From assembly GCA_963796105.1 (NCBI GenBank), contig CAWCKJ010000003.1, positions 32,001 through 96,000 of the forward strand: a DNA stretch of 64,000 nucleotides, read 5' to 3'. Positions 19,076-34,747 of this stretch are shown here, in pieces (the stretch's first letter is position 1; each line of letters starts with the position of its first letter). The stretch is from a candidate division FCPU426 bacterium (GTDB lineage: Bacteria; Oederibacteriota; Muellerivitia; Muellerivitales; Muellerivitaceae). A model generated the notes under the pieces. It made no database searches. It was not told where the DNA came from and saw nothing but the letters and a program-made list of their open reading frames with translations. The position numbers and the translations under genes were made by a program.

Positions 19076-19846
19076 TTGAAATTCATCTGCCTATCCGATT
19101 ACCGGGGCTCCAGCGAGTACCTTTCTTTAATCCCCATCATGATCAGAAACGAAGAACCGGATGCTGTTTTTTATTGCGGCGGTTCCATGAAGGGGGAAAA
19201 AAGGCTGAACGAATATGAGACGGCATGGCGTTTTCACAGCAAACCGGACTCGACCAATCCCATCATTCAAAAAGAAATCGAGCAGGACACGGAGTATTTA
19301 AAGCAGTTTCTCCTTGTTTTGGCCGATACTCAAAAGGTCATTTACGTCATACCCGGGCACAATGACGCTTCCGAAGCCCTTTATTTCAAGACCATCTATA
19401 ATTACGCCAATATTTACCCGAATCTAAAGCCCGTGCATGAAATGATGTGCCAGGAAGATCAGTTCCTGGTCGCGGGGTTTGGAGGGGAAATCACACTCAG
19501 CGAGGATAACCGCGACCTGGTTCTGCAATATTCAAGGCCTTGGGTGGAATTCGCGCTTAGGCGGCTGGAGTTTTTCCCGAATGACAAAATCTTATTGTTT
19601 CACTCCCCGCCGGTTTGTAGGTTGGATGTAGCGGATGGCAGACACTGCGGTGTTTTGCTCATCAATGAGATTATTGAGCGCGTTTCCCCGAAGCTGGTTT
19701 TATGCGGACGCGCTAAATCGGGTCAGGGGATGGTGAGGATGGGAAACACCACAGTTGTTAATCCTGGTTTTCTCGAAGACGGGCATTTTGCGGTAATCGA
19801 TTTTCCTTCCTTGGAAGTCCAGTTCAAGAATCTTAAGAATATTTAA
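19076..19846 (+). CDS. Calcineurin-like (Icc-type) metallophosphoesterase-fold protein with degenerate metal motifs
   Basis: CLSDYRG, PDAVFYCG, IPGHND, FHSPP, VLCGR, VNPG. TTG start with GGAG RBS. Confidence 0.7.
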   Translation: MKFICLSDYRGSSEYLSLIPIMIRNEEPDAVFYCGGSMKGEKRLNEYETAWRFHSKPDSTNPIIQKEIEQDTEYLKQFLLVLADTQKVIYVIPGHNDASEALYFKTIYNYANIYPNLKPVHEMMCQEDQFLVAGFGGEITLSEDNRDLVLQYSRPWVEFALRRLEFFPNDKILLFHSPPVCRLDVADGRHCGVLLINEIIERVSPKLVLCGRAKSGQGMVRMGNTTVVNPGFLEDGHFAVIDFPSLEVQFKNLKNI

Positions 19847-19918
19847 ACACTCGTTAAAAATCGGACCGGTCTCATTTTCATCCTGGATTCAGGACGGGAA
19901 TTTAAAGGCTATATACAA

Positions 19919-20902
19919 ATGGATAAATCCCTATTGCTTGAAATTGAGAACCTGCAAATATCACTTCGTGACACCAGACGCTCCAGGCCGGGTATGGTTT
20001 TGAACGGCGTGAACTTGACTATTTCCGAGGGAGAGCGGGTATCGGTGGTGGGGGAGTCGGGCTGCGGGAAAAGTATTACGGCGCTTTCAATTATCGGTCT
20101 TTTGCCGAATCCGCCAATGGAATGGACGGCTGGCAAGGTTACCTTCAAGGGGATGGAATTAAACAGGCTTCCCGTAAAATCTTGGGAAAGTATCAGGGGG
20201 AGAGAAATAGGGTTTGTGTTTCAAGAGCCATTTTCATCGCTCAATCCCGTCATGACGGTTGGGAAACAAATTTCGGAAATATTGACTTTACATCAAGGCT
20301 TGAACTCGAAAACCATTCGATTTAAAACGCTTCAGCTAATCGATGATGTTGGCTTGCCTGATCCCGAACGGCTCTACCGGCAATATCCTTTTCAACTCTC
20401 AGGCGGTATGTGCCAAAGAGTCATGATCGCCATGGCTGTGGCTTGCGGCCCCTCCCTCTTGATCGCGGATGAACCTACTACCGCCCTGGATGTAACCGTT
20501 CAGAGCCAGATCCTGGATCTATTAATCCGAATGACTAAACAGCGTCAAATGGCGCTTTTATTTATAACCCATAATCTTCGGCTGGTCCGGGAACATTCCC
20601 ACCGCGTGATTATATTTTATGCCGGGCGTATCGTGGAACAGGGAACACCGGGGGAAATATTCGAGCATCCCCAGCATCCTTATACTGAATGCCTGCTCGA
20701 GTCACTCCCGGAAAATCATCGCCGCGGAAGTTCGTTGCCGAATATCCCGGGAACTGTACCGACTCCATTTGACTCCTTTTCCGGCTGTGCCTTCGCGGAT
20801 CGGTGTCAAAAGATGAAACCGGAATGCGCACGGCGTTCTCCCGAGCTAACTCCTGTGAAAGGAAACCATTGGGCGCGATGCTTTTATCCGTCAAACAAGT
20901 AA
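19919..20902 (+). CDS. oppD: Oligopeptide/dipeptide ABC transporter ATPase (OppD/DppD-like)
   Basis: [29 protein letters not shown] and a Cys-containing C-terminal domain. Confidence 0.9.
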   Translation: MDKSLLLEIENLQISLRDTRRSRPGMVLNGVNLTISEGERVSVVGESGCGKSITALSIIGLLPNPPMEWTAGKVTFKGMELNRLPVKSWESIRGREIGFVFQEPFSSLNPVMTVGKQISEILTLHQGLNSKTIRFKTLQLIDDVGLPDPERLYRQYPFQLSGGMCQRVMIAMAVACGPSLLIADEPTTALDVTVQSQILDLLIRMTKQRQMALLFITHNLRLVREHSHRVIIFYAGRIVEQGTPGEIFEHPQHPYTECLLESLPENHRRGSSLPNIPGTVPTPFDSFSGCAFADRCQKMKPECARRSPELTPVKGNHWARCFYPSNK

Positions 20903-21837
20903 AAAAGAATTTTTCGGTCCAGCGTGGTATTTTCGGCAAACCGAACGCGACTCTGCGGGCGATTGATGATATTTCATTGGAATTGGAACAGGGGGAAATA
21001 GTCGGGTTGGTGGGGGAATCCGGCTGTGGGAAAAGCACATTAGGCCGTTGCGTGGTTGGCCTTGAAAAACCATCGGAGGGCGAAGTGCTTTGGGAGGGAA
21101 AATCCCCTTATAACATGGGCCGGGACGAAAGAATGGGAAAAAACCGAAATTATCAAATGGTATTTCAAAATCCTTTCGCCTCTTTGAACCCTCGCCAAAG
21201 AGTTGAAAATTTACTGATGGAGCCATTGGAAGTTCATGGATTGCTTGAGGGAAAAAATAAAATATCGTGGGCCAAGGAAATTCTTCTTCGAGTGGGCTTG
21301 GCGAAGGAGGACCTTGATAAATACCCGCATGAATTTTCGGGGGGGCAGAGGCAGCGCATTGGATTAGCCAGGGCTCTGGCGTGTCAACCGAAATTCATCG
21401 TTCTCGACGAGCCTGTTTCATCATTGGATATATCGGTGCAAGCGTCGATCCTGAATTTGCTCTCGGATTTGAACCGGGAGCGGGGAATAACATTTTTCTT
21501 TATCTCTCATGATTTGCAAGTAGTGGCTTATTTAAGCCCGAAAGTAAAAGTGATGTATTTGGGACGGATCGTAGAACAAGGCGAAACTGAAAAAATATTA
21601 TCGAACCCCCGGCACCCTTACACGATGAGCTTGTGGAGGGCCACCCAAAATAATGCGGTTGCTTTAAAAGGGGAACCGCCGAATCCGGTGAACGTGCCCA
21701 CGGGATGCGCATTCCACCCAAGATGTCCTTTTGCCGAAGAAAGATGTTCTCGTGAGGCTCAAATGCTCCAGGAGACGGAAACGGGTTGGAGTGTGGCCTG
21801 CTGGAAATGGGATCAAACTCTGGGGAAACGCTTTTGA
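20878..21837 (+). CDS. oppF: Oligopeptide/dipeptide ABC transporter ATPase (OppF/DppF-like)
   Basis: [41 protein letters not shown]. It overlaps the oppD end. Confidence 0.9.
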   Translation: MLLSVKQVKKNFSVQRGIFGKPNATLRAIDDISLELEQGEIVGLVGESGCGKSTLGRCVVGLEKPSEGEVLWEGKSPYNMGRDERMGKNRNYQMVFQNPFASLNPRQRVENLLMEPLEVHGLLEGKNKISWAKEILLRVGLAKEDLDKYPHEFSGGQRQRIGLARALACQPKFIVLDEPVSSLDISVQASILNLLSDLNRERGITFFFISHDLQVVAYLSPKVKVMYLGRIVEQGETEKILSNPRHPYTMSLWRATQNNAVALKGEPPNPVNVPTGCAFHPRCPFAEERCSREAQMLQETETGWSVACWKWDQTLGKRF

Positions 21838-21982
21838 CCATGGGTATTAGAAAGCCTGTTTTGCTGTTAATTGGATGCTTTCTTTAAAAAACGTGATATT
21901 TGTTGGAACTGAAATATTAATATTTGCTCTGAGTCTTGCATCCTTTCGAACGTTTGAATTATATTTTTATTAGGCTTTAAAG

Positions 21983-23422
21983 ATGGGGAACGACATGAAA
22001 ATTGTCATTGTGAACCCTCCGACCTGCAATGGAATGGGTTATATCCGAGAAGGCCGTTGTGAACAGCGGTTGAATTCCTTCCAATACGTCATGGTGCCTA
22101 TTTCCCTGCCTATGATCGCCGCCGCCTTGGAATCAGAGAACCATAAAGTTTTACTGTTGGATTGCATCGCGAATCACATGGATCTATATGGCCTGGAAAA
22201 ATCGTTAAAAGAGTTTGACCCCGCTTTTGTTCTCTTCAACATGTCGACCGTGACATCGGCGAGTGATATTGAAATCATCGATAGTGTCCGGAAGATCTCC
22301 AAAGCCCATTTTACGGTGATAGGAAACCACGCAACGTCTCTTCCTGAGGAAGTATTAAAAGCCTCCGAATTGGATTCCATCATTCGTCGAGAACCGGAAT
22401 TGACTGCGAGGGAATTGGTGGATGCCTTGGAAAAAAGAAGGGATCTAGCTTCTGTTTTGGGCATTTCCTATAAAAGCGAAGAGGGCAAAATCGTCCATAA
22501 CCAGGATAGGCCTTTTAACGAAAATTTAGATGATTTACCTTTCGCGGCCAGACATCTTTTAGACAACGCCCGATATACATTGCCCGTCATCAATGAACCC
22601 TACACTCTTATCATCACGAGCAGGGGTTGCCCTCATTCCTGCATTTATTGCACTGCGCATCAATATTACGGGAAAAAACTCAGGCTTCGCAGTGCTTCAA
22701 ACATTGTTGATGAAATGCAGGAATGTTTGGAAAAGTACGCAATTCGCAATTTCACGATGTGGTCGGACACTTTTAACCAAAGCAAGAAATTTGTTATGGA
22801 AATCTGCGGTGAATTGAAAAAACGCGAATTGGAAAAAAAGATTCGTTGGATGGCAAATAGCCGTGTGGATCATGTGGACGCAGAGGTCTTGGCTGAAATG
22901 AAAAGCTCGGGATGCATTGGTATTTCTTATGGGGTTGAATCCGGGGTCGATGAGATATTGGATAATATGAAAAAGGGTGCGAGCGCCGGGCAAGCCCGGA
23001 TAGCGGTCAAATTGACAAAGGAAGCGGGTATAGAGGTGTTAACTCATATTATTTTCGGGCTTCCTGGTGACACGGTAGAAACGATTAATCAGACAATAAA
23101 ATATGTAATTGAATTGGACCCGGATTATGCCCAGTTTTACTGCGCCATCCCTTTTCCAAAAACGGAATTGGAGGAATTAGCGAAAAAGAATAAGTGGATT
23201 TCCATTAACGATTATTCAAAATATGAGTTAAATCAGCCGATTTTAAATATGCCGTCATTATCGACAAAAGATTTGGAAAAAATCCGTAAAAAGGCCTATA
23301 GAGCCTTTTATTTACGTCCGTCCTACATGTTTAGACGTTTAAAAAAAATCAGAAATATTAAAGATTTTATGATTAATTTGAGACAGGCCCTAAACTTTAG
23401 TCAAAGTTGGATTTGGGAATGA
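21983..23422 (+). CDS. Cobalamin-binding radical SAM enzyme
   Basis: N-terminal B12-binding-like domain (NPP...REGRC), SRGCPHSCIYC (CxxxCxxC), GVESG, IFGLPGDT. Confidence 0.9.
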   Translation: MGNDMKIVIVNPPTCNGMGYIREGRCEQRLNSFQYVMVPISLPMIAAALESENHKVLLLDCIANHMDLYGLEKSLKEFDPAFVLFNMSTVTSASDIEIIDSVRKISKAHFTVIGNHATSLPEEVLKASELDSIIRREPELTARELVDALEKRRDLASVLGISYKSEEGKIVHNQDRPFNENLDDLPFAARHLLDNARYTLPVINEPYTLIITSRGCPHSCIYCTAHQYYGKKLRLRSASNIVDEMQECLEKYAIRNFTMWSDTFNQSKKFVMEICGELKKRELEKKIRWMANSRVDHVDAEVLAEMKSSGCIGISYGVESGVDEILDNMKKGASAGQARIAVKLTKEAGIEVLTHIIFGLPGDTVETINQTIKYVIELDPDYAQFYCAIPFPKTELEELAKKNKWISINDYSKYELNQPILNMPSLSTKDLEKIRKKAYRAFYLRPSYMFRRLKKIRNIKDFMINLRQALNFSQSWIWE

Positions 23423-23511
23423 CGCTATAATTTGGACAAAATCCTTCAATCAGGCTATAAATTCCCCTTATTTACTCGTCTTGAAATAAGTTAAAAAATA
23501 CTTAATATTTA

Positions 23512-23540
23512 TTGACAGTGATACAAGGTTTTTGTATAAA
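23512..23540 (+). promoter_or_regulatory. rRNA operon promoter
   Basis: TTGACA-17 bp-TATAAA with an AT-rich upstream tract, about 320 bp before 16S. Confidence 0.7.
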
Positions 23541-23767
23541 TAACCCCCTTGCCACTAAGGCTGGTGGTCCCTTCCTTTCGCTTTAAGCGGAGGAATGCGG
23601 CTCTTTGATTTGAATCAAATACAATCGAATTAATACTTTGTTTTCGATTGCGGCGCTCATTACGCCAAGGAATAGATTTTGTCCTTGTTGGGATGAGCAT
23701 CGAGTGGGTGCTTTTCTTTGTGACTCGATTCATTTCGAGTTGACCTTTATTTGCGATAAAGGGTGAT

Positions 23768-23780
23768 TGGTCTTTGAAAA
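23768..23780 (+). promoter_or_regulatory. boxA-like antitermination site (second copy at 25894-25906)
   Basis: TGGTCTTTGAAAA before 16S and TGTTCTTTGAAAA before 23S. Each adjoins a processing-stem strand: 23777-23794 pairs with 25490-25507. Confidence 0.7.
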
Positions 23781-23856
23781 CTAAATAGTGCATATGAAAT
23801 AAGTTTGGGTGCTTGTCAATGTAGTTTGAGTAGTGCAGAGCCTTTAAAAGCTCTTT

Positions 23857-25416
<1,560 letters not shown>

Positions 25417-25582
25417 TGGAGACCATGGAGAGGAACCCCTTTTTTGAGGGCTGCTCAATCGTAACTCCAAAGTGGATGCCCAAACGAGTTATGCACTATT
25501 TAGTTTTGAGGGGCCGATGCGGATCCGGTTCTTTACCAAATTGGGTGTTTTTATAACCTCAAGTCCTGCGCCAAACTGGGAT

Positions 25583-25659
<77 letters not shown>

Positions 25660-25694
25660 TTTTTTGGGGGGATTGCCTGGACGAAAACGGCGAA

Positions 25695-25770
25695 GGGGAT
25701 GTAGCTCAGTTGGGAGAGCACCTGCTTTGCAAGCAGGGGGTCGCCGGTTCGATCCCGGTCATCTCCACCA
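25695..25770 (+). tRNA. tRNA-Ala (TGC)
   Basis: GGGGATG...CCTGC-TTTGCAA-GCAGG...GGTTCGATCCC...CATCTCC-ACCA. Confidence 0.97.
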
Positions 25771-25976
25771 TTTTCGGGTGGAGTACCTGATAAAATTGCT
25801 TGAATCTTTTGCGTGGCGAATGATTCATGGAGCTTTTAGCTTTTTTGAAAGCCGCTTCTAGAATCAGCGGATTCGTTCCTTCGGGGACGGAAGTGTTCTT
25901 TGAAAAACGATAGAAATACTACTAATAGCTGAACCGAGTGCATAAAAGATTCTTATGCGGTGGCGAAGAAACATGT

Positions 25977-29014
<3,038 letters not shown>

Positions 29015-29156
29015 TATGTTTCATTTTCACCGCATTCCTAATCCACTTCGGTTCAAGAGTTAGTATTTCTATCGTTCAATCTAATTTTGGAAGACTGCGT
29101 AAAACAGTTAACTCCATTGTTTAAAAATTTTTTTTTGTTTTCCTGATAATCGTTGT

Positions 29157-29274
<118 letters not shown>

Positions 29275-29283
29275 TTTAAAATC

Positions 29284-29317
29284 AAACCCAGTCATAGAAA
29301 TGTGACTGGGTTTTTTT
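29284..29317 (+). terminator. Rho-independent terminator of the rRNA operon, possibly bidirectional
   Basis: AAACCCAGTCA-loop-TGACTGGGTTTTTTT. Confidence 0.85.
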
Positions 29318-29327
29318 ATTCCCGTAA

Positions 29328-31463
29328 TTATTTTGAAAACGCAATATTCATGATCGATAACTCCTTAAGTATGGATTCCGCCAAATCCTGTCGATTGAAC
29401 ATTTCCGCAATTGCAACACAGCTATTAAAAGATTGGACAGCTTCCTGTTTTTTTCCCACCGCTAAATCGCCATCCCCTTTTTCGCGAAGTATTTGGATTT
29501 TCCAAATAGGATCACCGGTGGTCATGGCAGCTTTCTCAAGCCAGTTATCCCAGCGGCTCATATCGCCTCGGGCTTTCCAATAATATGCCGTATTCAAATA
29601 AGGATGGACGCAAGCGTTTAAGAGAAAATAATTCATGGGTAGTGGCCGGTTTAGAGCTTGCCTTAATGAGTGATCCCAAAAATCGTTCAATGCACTTGAC
29701 GAGGAAGGGCATAAAAGTTGGCTTTTTAAGTTTATTTGGAGTAGAAGCCCGGTAGGGAGAAACTTTAAGGAATGATTTTTTTTCAAATAGAATTCCGAAA
29801 AGATTCCGTTAGTAAATGTGAAACATATCGGCCTAATATTTTGATTTGTATGAACAACTTCAGTGAAAAGATCCGGGGCCGAACCGGGTGAATTTAATGT
29901 TGTAATAATAGGTCGGTCAATCGGAAGGTTTGGGTACTGGGATTTAAACTCCGATTGAAGCCACCTCTTTTTGAAAAAAGGGGTGAATACTAGTTCAGTG
30001 TCTAGACGTTTATTCAAAACGAATTTCATGTAAAGACTTGAAAAATAGTCATAATCGGTTTCAGCGAAGTAAATTGAATCTTTCGGAAGGGATTTTGAAA
30101 TGTATTCTCCATATTGATAATAAAGAAGTTCTTTACTCATATTAGAAGTTTTGAGGCTATTAGAAAATGTGAGGAATAAAAGAAGAACTATAAAACCGGT
30201 AAACACTCTGAAATGATTGTTGGGTTTGGCGCTCCGAGCGACTGCCCAACGAAAAATCCAATTTAAACCAAAAGTGCTGAGGAAAACCAATCCCCAGGTA
30301 GATCCCAATAAATAATTATCTAAGTGCCAATATTCAATTGGCTGCAATCGCATATAAAAAAGATTCGCTAATAAGAATGTGAAAATAGTCCACAGCACAA
30401 AAAATACAATGATTATATTCCGTAGCTTTTTAATAAATATGATCCCCAAAAGACATAATGAACCTGGAACCCAATCGAGTTCTTCCCGAAAGTGATTAAC
30501 GATATAATTCGTTTTTTCATTAAGGTCTGAAAGCATTGACGATGACAAACGAGAGAGGAATGCTGTTGTTTTATCGACTGGGATCGTCACCGGCAAACCA
30601 CTCTCGATTTTTCGAGCTTCGGCTCGACTGACAGATTCTAAAAAACGAGACCAATTGTTCGGAATGCCGATGTTCAACACCGGGTGCTGATTTGCCCTTA
30701 GCGGCAGATATAAATACAGGCTTAAACTGATGACACATAACGAAGCTGCGGAAAATATTATGGAAGGTGTTCTTTTCATTAAACGAATGCGGTGCAACAT
30801 GACGATTATTAAAAAAATCGCTAGCGGGAGAAGAAGCAGTTGACTTTGCCAGTGATGACTAAAGCCCAAAACAAATATATAAATGAAACCGAGAAAATAG
30901 TTTTGAGATTTATCAGCGGGAATGATTGATTCCCGCTGTGCATTTACAAATTTAATGAGCTGGAAAATAGAAATTAAAGTCAAAATGGTTTGGAATATAT
31001 AGATGCTACCTTTTGCCGAGAGGGAAGCGCTCCAATAGCTTTTTGCGAAGGCCAGTTCCGAGCCTCCAAAAAAAACGAGCAAATTAAGAAGTTTTTCTCT
31101 CGGCTTATTATCATCAGGCAAATGACGTGAGGAGTTAAAGAACATCCAAAGACAAAAAGAAACGAGAACGCTACCGAATGACGAGAGAATTAACGAAAGA
31201 AAAGTGTAGGAGAAAGCTGGATTGCCGAGATGGATCCATTGGAAGCAAGCCCCCAAAAGGGTGTGCAGGGGATAACTGGGTGCGTGGGAAACCCCGAGAA
31301 TTTTAGAGGCGGTGATAGTTTCGGGAGAATCGTCTTGGAAAAAAGCAGGGTTTGCGGTCATGAGGTGAACGGAAAAAGAAAATATAAAAATAAACGACAA
31401 AAGATAAATGGGGCAGGCGGGCTTTTCTGAGATTGGATCGGTTATGGATGATTTTTGATACAT
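29328..31463 (-). CDS. DUF2723 / TMEM260-like GT-C membrane protein (candidate protein O-mannosyltransferase), TPR-like C-terminus
   Basis: DDSPETITAS.ILGVSHAPSYPLHTLLG matches the DUF2723 D(S)xE...HxPxYP pattern; YLYLPLRA. The gene is visibly AT-richer than its neighbours. Confidence 0.8.
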   Translation of the reverse strand: MYQKSSITDPISEKPACPIYLLSFIFIFSFSVHLMTANPAFFQDDSPETITASKILGVSHAPSYPLHTLLGACFQWIHLGNPAFSYTFLSLILSSFGSVLVSFCLWMFFNSSRHLPDDNKPREKLLNLLVFFGGSELAFAKSYWSASLSAKGSIYIFQTILTLISIFQLIKFVNAQRESIIPADKSQNYFLGFIYIFVLGFSHHWQSQLLLLPLAIFLIIVMLHRIRLMKRTPSIIFSAASLCVISLSLYLYLPLRANQHPVLNIGIPNNWSRFLESVSRAEARKIESGLPVTIPVDKTTAFLSRLSSSMLSDLNEKTNYIVNHFREELDWVPGSLCLLGIIFIKKLRNIIIVFFVLWTIFTFLLANLFYMRLQPIEYWHLDNYLLGSTWGLVFLSTFGLNWIFRWAVARSAKPNNHFRVFTGFIVLLLFLTFSNSLKTSNMSKELLYYQYGEYISKSLPKDSIYFAETDYDYFSSLYMKFVLNKRLDTELVFTPFFKKRWLQSEFKSQYPNLPIDRPIITTLNSPGSAPDLFTEVVHTNQNIRPICFTFTNGIFSEFYLKKNHSLKFLPTGLLLQINLKSQLLCPSSSSALNDFWDHSLRQALNRPLPMNYFLLNACVHPYLNTAYYWKARGDMSRWDNWLEKAAMTTGDPIWKIQILREKGDGDLAVGKKQEAVQSFNSCVAIAEMFNRQDLAESILKELSIMNIAFSK

Positions 31464-31845
31464 GAAACTATATTAGCTCGGGCGAGACTGCGACGGAATA
31501 AGTTCTGCAATTAAAAACCCTAGTAAAAACACGAGATATCCTCGACGAACATATATCGGTTTACTGTGATGGGGTTTGTTTTAAGGAGATTGGAAGAGTA
31601 AGCGACGAGGTGAATTAATCCGATTGAATTTGCCAAATGGGTTGCGATGGGTTGCTTAATCCCGCTGAATTTGGTGAATTTAAAATTGGATATACTAGTA
31701 ACTTAAGGAAACCATGTTGCGAGAAGATAACGATTAATCTCGTTATAATGAGAAATTGGAATTGTTTTTTCCCCTCTGTATACGTATATTTTCAATGTAT
31801 TGGTATTACTAAACCACGGTTCTTATGGGAAAAGGGGAGAGACCT

Positions 31846-33717
31846 ATGAAGGTGGTAAATGAAGTTTCGTGGATGATCGGCGGCCCGCAAGGAACTGGAG
31901 TTGATTCTTCTGCTAATTTATTCGCGCAAGCTTGCGCGATTTCCGGTTTGTGGGTTTTTGGAAAAAGAGAATATCATTCAAACATCAAGGGTAAACATAG
32001 TTATTTCCAGGTTCGAGTTTCAAATCAACCGATTCACAGTCACGTAGACGATGTTCATATTCTCGCTACGTTTGAGGATTCCACGGCTCGTCTTCACGCT
32101 TCCGAGGTGGTTAAAGGCGGAGCGCTCATTTACGATCCCACCAAGGTTATGCTTGACGACCTGGATTTAAAATCAGGAGTCATTACCCTGCCGATTGACT
32201 TCAACATGACTCTTCGGCATGTGGCGGAAATTACTGGAGTGGAGTACGGCGCGCTTTCCATCATGAAAAACATGATAGCTGTTGCCGCTTCCATGGCGTT
32301 GTTGCGTATGGATATTTCCTACATGGAGAAAACACTTTCCAGAATATTTACCGGAAAAAAAGCGAAATTGGTTTCCCTAAACATGGCGGCGGTAAAAAAA
32401 GCCTACGAGGCTGTGGAGGCCTTGCCGGAGGAAATGCATGCCCAGTTTCCTTATCATCTAGTGCCCAATCCCAATACTCCTAAGAGGTTGTTGATCAATG
32501 GCGCGACGGCTACGGCTCTTGGCAAATTGAAAGCCGGATGCCGTTACCAAACCTATTATCCAATCAGTCCCGCAACTGACGAGAGCGTTTATTTGGAAGG
32601 AAAGCCGGAATACGGGGTAGCCGTGGTTCAATGCGAAGATGAGATCGCAGCCATTAACATGTTACTCGGGGCCGCTACGACGGGAGTGAGGGCTTCCACA
32701 TCCACCTCGGGACCCGGCTTTTGCTTGATGCAAGAAGGTTTGGGCTGGGCCGGGATGAATGAGGTGCCGGCTGTAGTGTTCAATTATCAAAGAGGCGGTC
32801 CTTCCACTGGGCTTCCCACGCGAAATGAGCAGGGCGATTTGATGTTTGCGGTTTTTGGCGGGCATGGAGAGTATCCCCGCTTGGTCATGGCCCCAGGCAG
32901 CATTGAGGACCATTTCCAGCTTGCTTTTGAGTCTTTTAACTACGCTGAAAAATTTCAAACGCCTGTTATCGTCCTAAATGATAAATTTCTGGCCAATAGC
33001 ACCCAATCCACTTCTCTTTTCAAGGAGCAGGATTTAGTTATTGATCGAGGAAGATTAGCGACGACGCAGGAATTAGAAGCGGCCATATCAGAGGGAAAGG
33101 GATTTCCACGTTTTAGACCGGATCCAAAGACCGTCATTTCACCTCGGCCAATACCTGGACAAGAGGGTGGACCATATTGGATGACCGGAGATGAGCACGA
33201 CGATTACGGGCATATCACGGAAAACCCGGATAACAGAAACAAGATGCACGAAAAAAGAATGGCGAAAAACCGCCTGATGTTGGAGCAGATTCCCGAGGAT
33301 AGACAGTATAGCTTGATCGGCGAGCCTGATGCTGATGTCACCTTGGTGTGTTGGGGTTCCACATTGGGAGTTCTTCTGGACGCTCTCCCCGCCTTGAAGG
33401 AAAAAAATATTACCGCGAACTTTTTATTCGTGAGAATGCTGAATCCCTTCCCGGCCATCGGGGTCAAAAAAATACTCAGCTGCTCGAAGAAGATCATTCT
33501 TGTGGAAAGCAATTTTGGGGGGCAGCTGGGTCAATTAATCCGGATGAACACGGGAATAAATATTTCTTCTCAAATCATCAAATACACCGGCAGGCCAATG
33601 TCTTTGAATGAGATTGTGAATTCAGTGGAAAAATTCATGAAAAAGGAGGTGGCCGCCGTGATGGATCCGTTGACGGGAACACCTTCGGAAAAGATGGTGC
33701 TTAATTATGGCCTCTAA
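31846..33717 (+). CDS. korA: 2-oxoacid:ferredoxin oxidoreductase alpha subunit (gamma-alpha fusion)
   Basis: IGGPQGTGV, EYHSNIKG, YPISPAT, EDEIAA, TSTSGPGF, QRGGPSTGLPT. GGGGAG RBS before ATG 31846. Confidence 0.92.
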   Translation: MKVVNEVSWMIGGPQGTGVDSSANLFAQACAISGLWVFGKREYHSNIKGKHSYFQVRVSNQPIHSHVDDVHILATFEDSTARLHASEVVKGGALIYDPTKVMLDDLDLKSGVITLPIDFNMTLRHVAEITGVEYGALSIMKNMIAVAASMALLRMDISYMEKTLSRIFTGKKAKLVSLNMAAVKKAYEAVEALPEEMHAQFPYHLVPNPNTPKRLLINGATATALGKLKAGCRYQTYYPISPATDESVYLEGKPEYGVAVVQCEDEIAAINMLLGAATTGVRASTSTSGPGFCLMQEGLGWAGMNEVPAVVFNYQRGGPSTGLPTRNEQGDLMFAVFGGHGEYPRLVMAPGSIEDHFQLAFESFNYAEKFQTPVIVLNDKFLANSTQSTSLFKEQDLVIDRGRLATTQELEAAISEGKGFPRFRPDPKTVISPRPIPGQEGGPYWMTGDEHDDYGHITENPDNRNKMHEKRMAKNRLMLEQIPEDRQYSLIGEPDADVTLVCWGSTLGVLLDALPALKEKNITANFLFVRMLNPFPAIGVKKILSCSKKIILVESNFGGQLGQLIRMNTGINISSQIIKYTGRPMSLNEIVNSVEKFMKKEVAAVMDPLTGTPSEKMVLNYGL

Positions 33718-34684
33718 ACTCCAAACCCCATTGACAGTTTCGGCGTACAAAAGCGAGGTCCATAATGATTGGTGCCCTGGTTGCGGCGACTATGGGGCTC
33801 TCCAAGCGGTCCAGCAAACACTCGCGGAGATGAGCCTGCCTCCATGGGAAACCATGGTTTTTAGCGGCATAGGTTGCTCGGGAAAAATGTTCAATTACAT
33901 TGCTTCCTTTGGCGTTCACACGCTTCATGGAAGGGTTTTGCCTTTCGCCATCGGCGCAAAGTTGGCCAATCCCGATCTGGAAGTGATAGCGGTTGGTGGC
34001 GATGGTGACGGATACGGCATTGGGGCGGGCCATTTTGTGCACGCGGGCCGCCGCAATGTGGATATGGCTTATATCGTCATGAACAACGAGGTTTATGGGC
34101 TTACCAAAGGACAAGCTTCACCCACGCTCGGCAGGGGACAACAAACGAAATCCCTTCCCATGCCGAATATCAACGACGGAATCCAACCGTTGGCATTGGC
34201 ATTGAGTTCGGGTTACACCTGGATTGGGCGCAGTTACGCATTTGACGGGAAACACCTGAAGGAAATGATCCGAAAGGCCATTGAGCATAAGGGGATGGCC
34301 CTGTTGGATGTCTTGCAACCCTGCCCGACCTATAACGATATTCATACGGCTGATTGGTTCAATAAAAAAGTCCGGGATGGAAATAACCAACTGCCGCGTG
34401 TTTTCAATTTGAGTGAACTCGGCTATGACGGCTCTGTGAAGGATCCGACTAATTTCGAGGAAGTTGCCGAAAAACAGAAAAAAGCTTTTGAAATGGCTCA
34501 TTACCACGGCGAGAGGATCCCGGTCGGGGTTTTTTACGAGATCAAGCTACCGACTTATGTGGAGCGCATGCAGGCCATGGCTCCCATGCTGAAAAAATAC
34601 GCCCCTGGAAGGGTGCCTTTCGAGGACGCGAATCATTTGCCCACGACGGATTTGACTTCCGCCTACGATGAACTCATGGTTTAG
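33707..34684 (+). CDS. korB: 2-oxoacid:ferredoxin oxidoreductase beta subunit (TPP-binding)
   Basis: WCPGCGD, SGIGCS, LHGR, GGDGDG, NNEVYGLTKGQ, QPCPTY. Confidence 0.93.
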   Translation: MASKLQTPLTVSAYKSEVHNDWCPGCGDYGALQAVQQTLAEMSLPPWETMVFSGIGCSGKMFNYIASFGVHTLHGRVLPFAIGAKLANPDLEVIAVGGDGDGYGIGAGHFVHAGRRNVDMAYIVMNNEVYGLTKGQASPTLGRGQQTKSLPMPNINDGIQPLALALSSGYTWIGRSYAFDGKHLKEMIRKAIEHKGMALLDVLQPCPTYNDIHTADWFNKKVRDGNNQLPRVFNLSELGYDGSVKDPTNFEEVAEKQKKAFEMAHYHGERIPVGVFYEIKLPTYVERMQAMAPMLKKYAPGRVPFEDANHLPTTDLTSAYDELMV

Positions 34685-34694
34685 TGGTATGATG

Positions 34695-34731
34695 AAAGCC
34701 CGAATCCCAAAAGGGTTCGGGCTTTTTTTTT
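34695..34731 (+). terminator. Rho-independent terminator after korB
   Basis: AAAGCCCGAATCCC-AAAA-GGGTTCGGGC followed by a T-tract. Confidence 0.85.
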
Positions 34732-34747
34732 ATCCCTTCAAGAAGGT

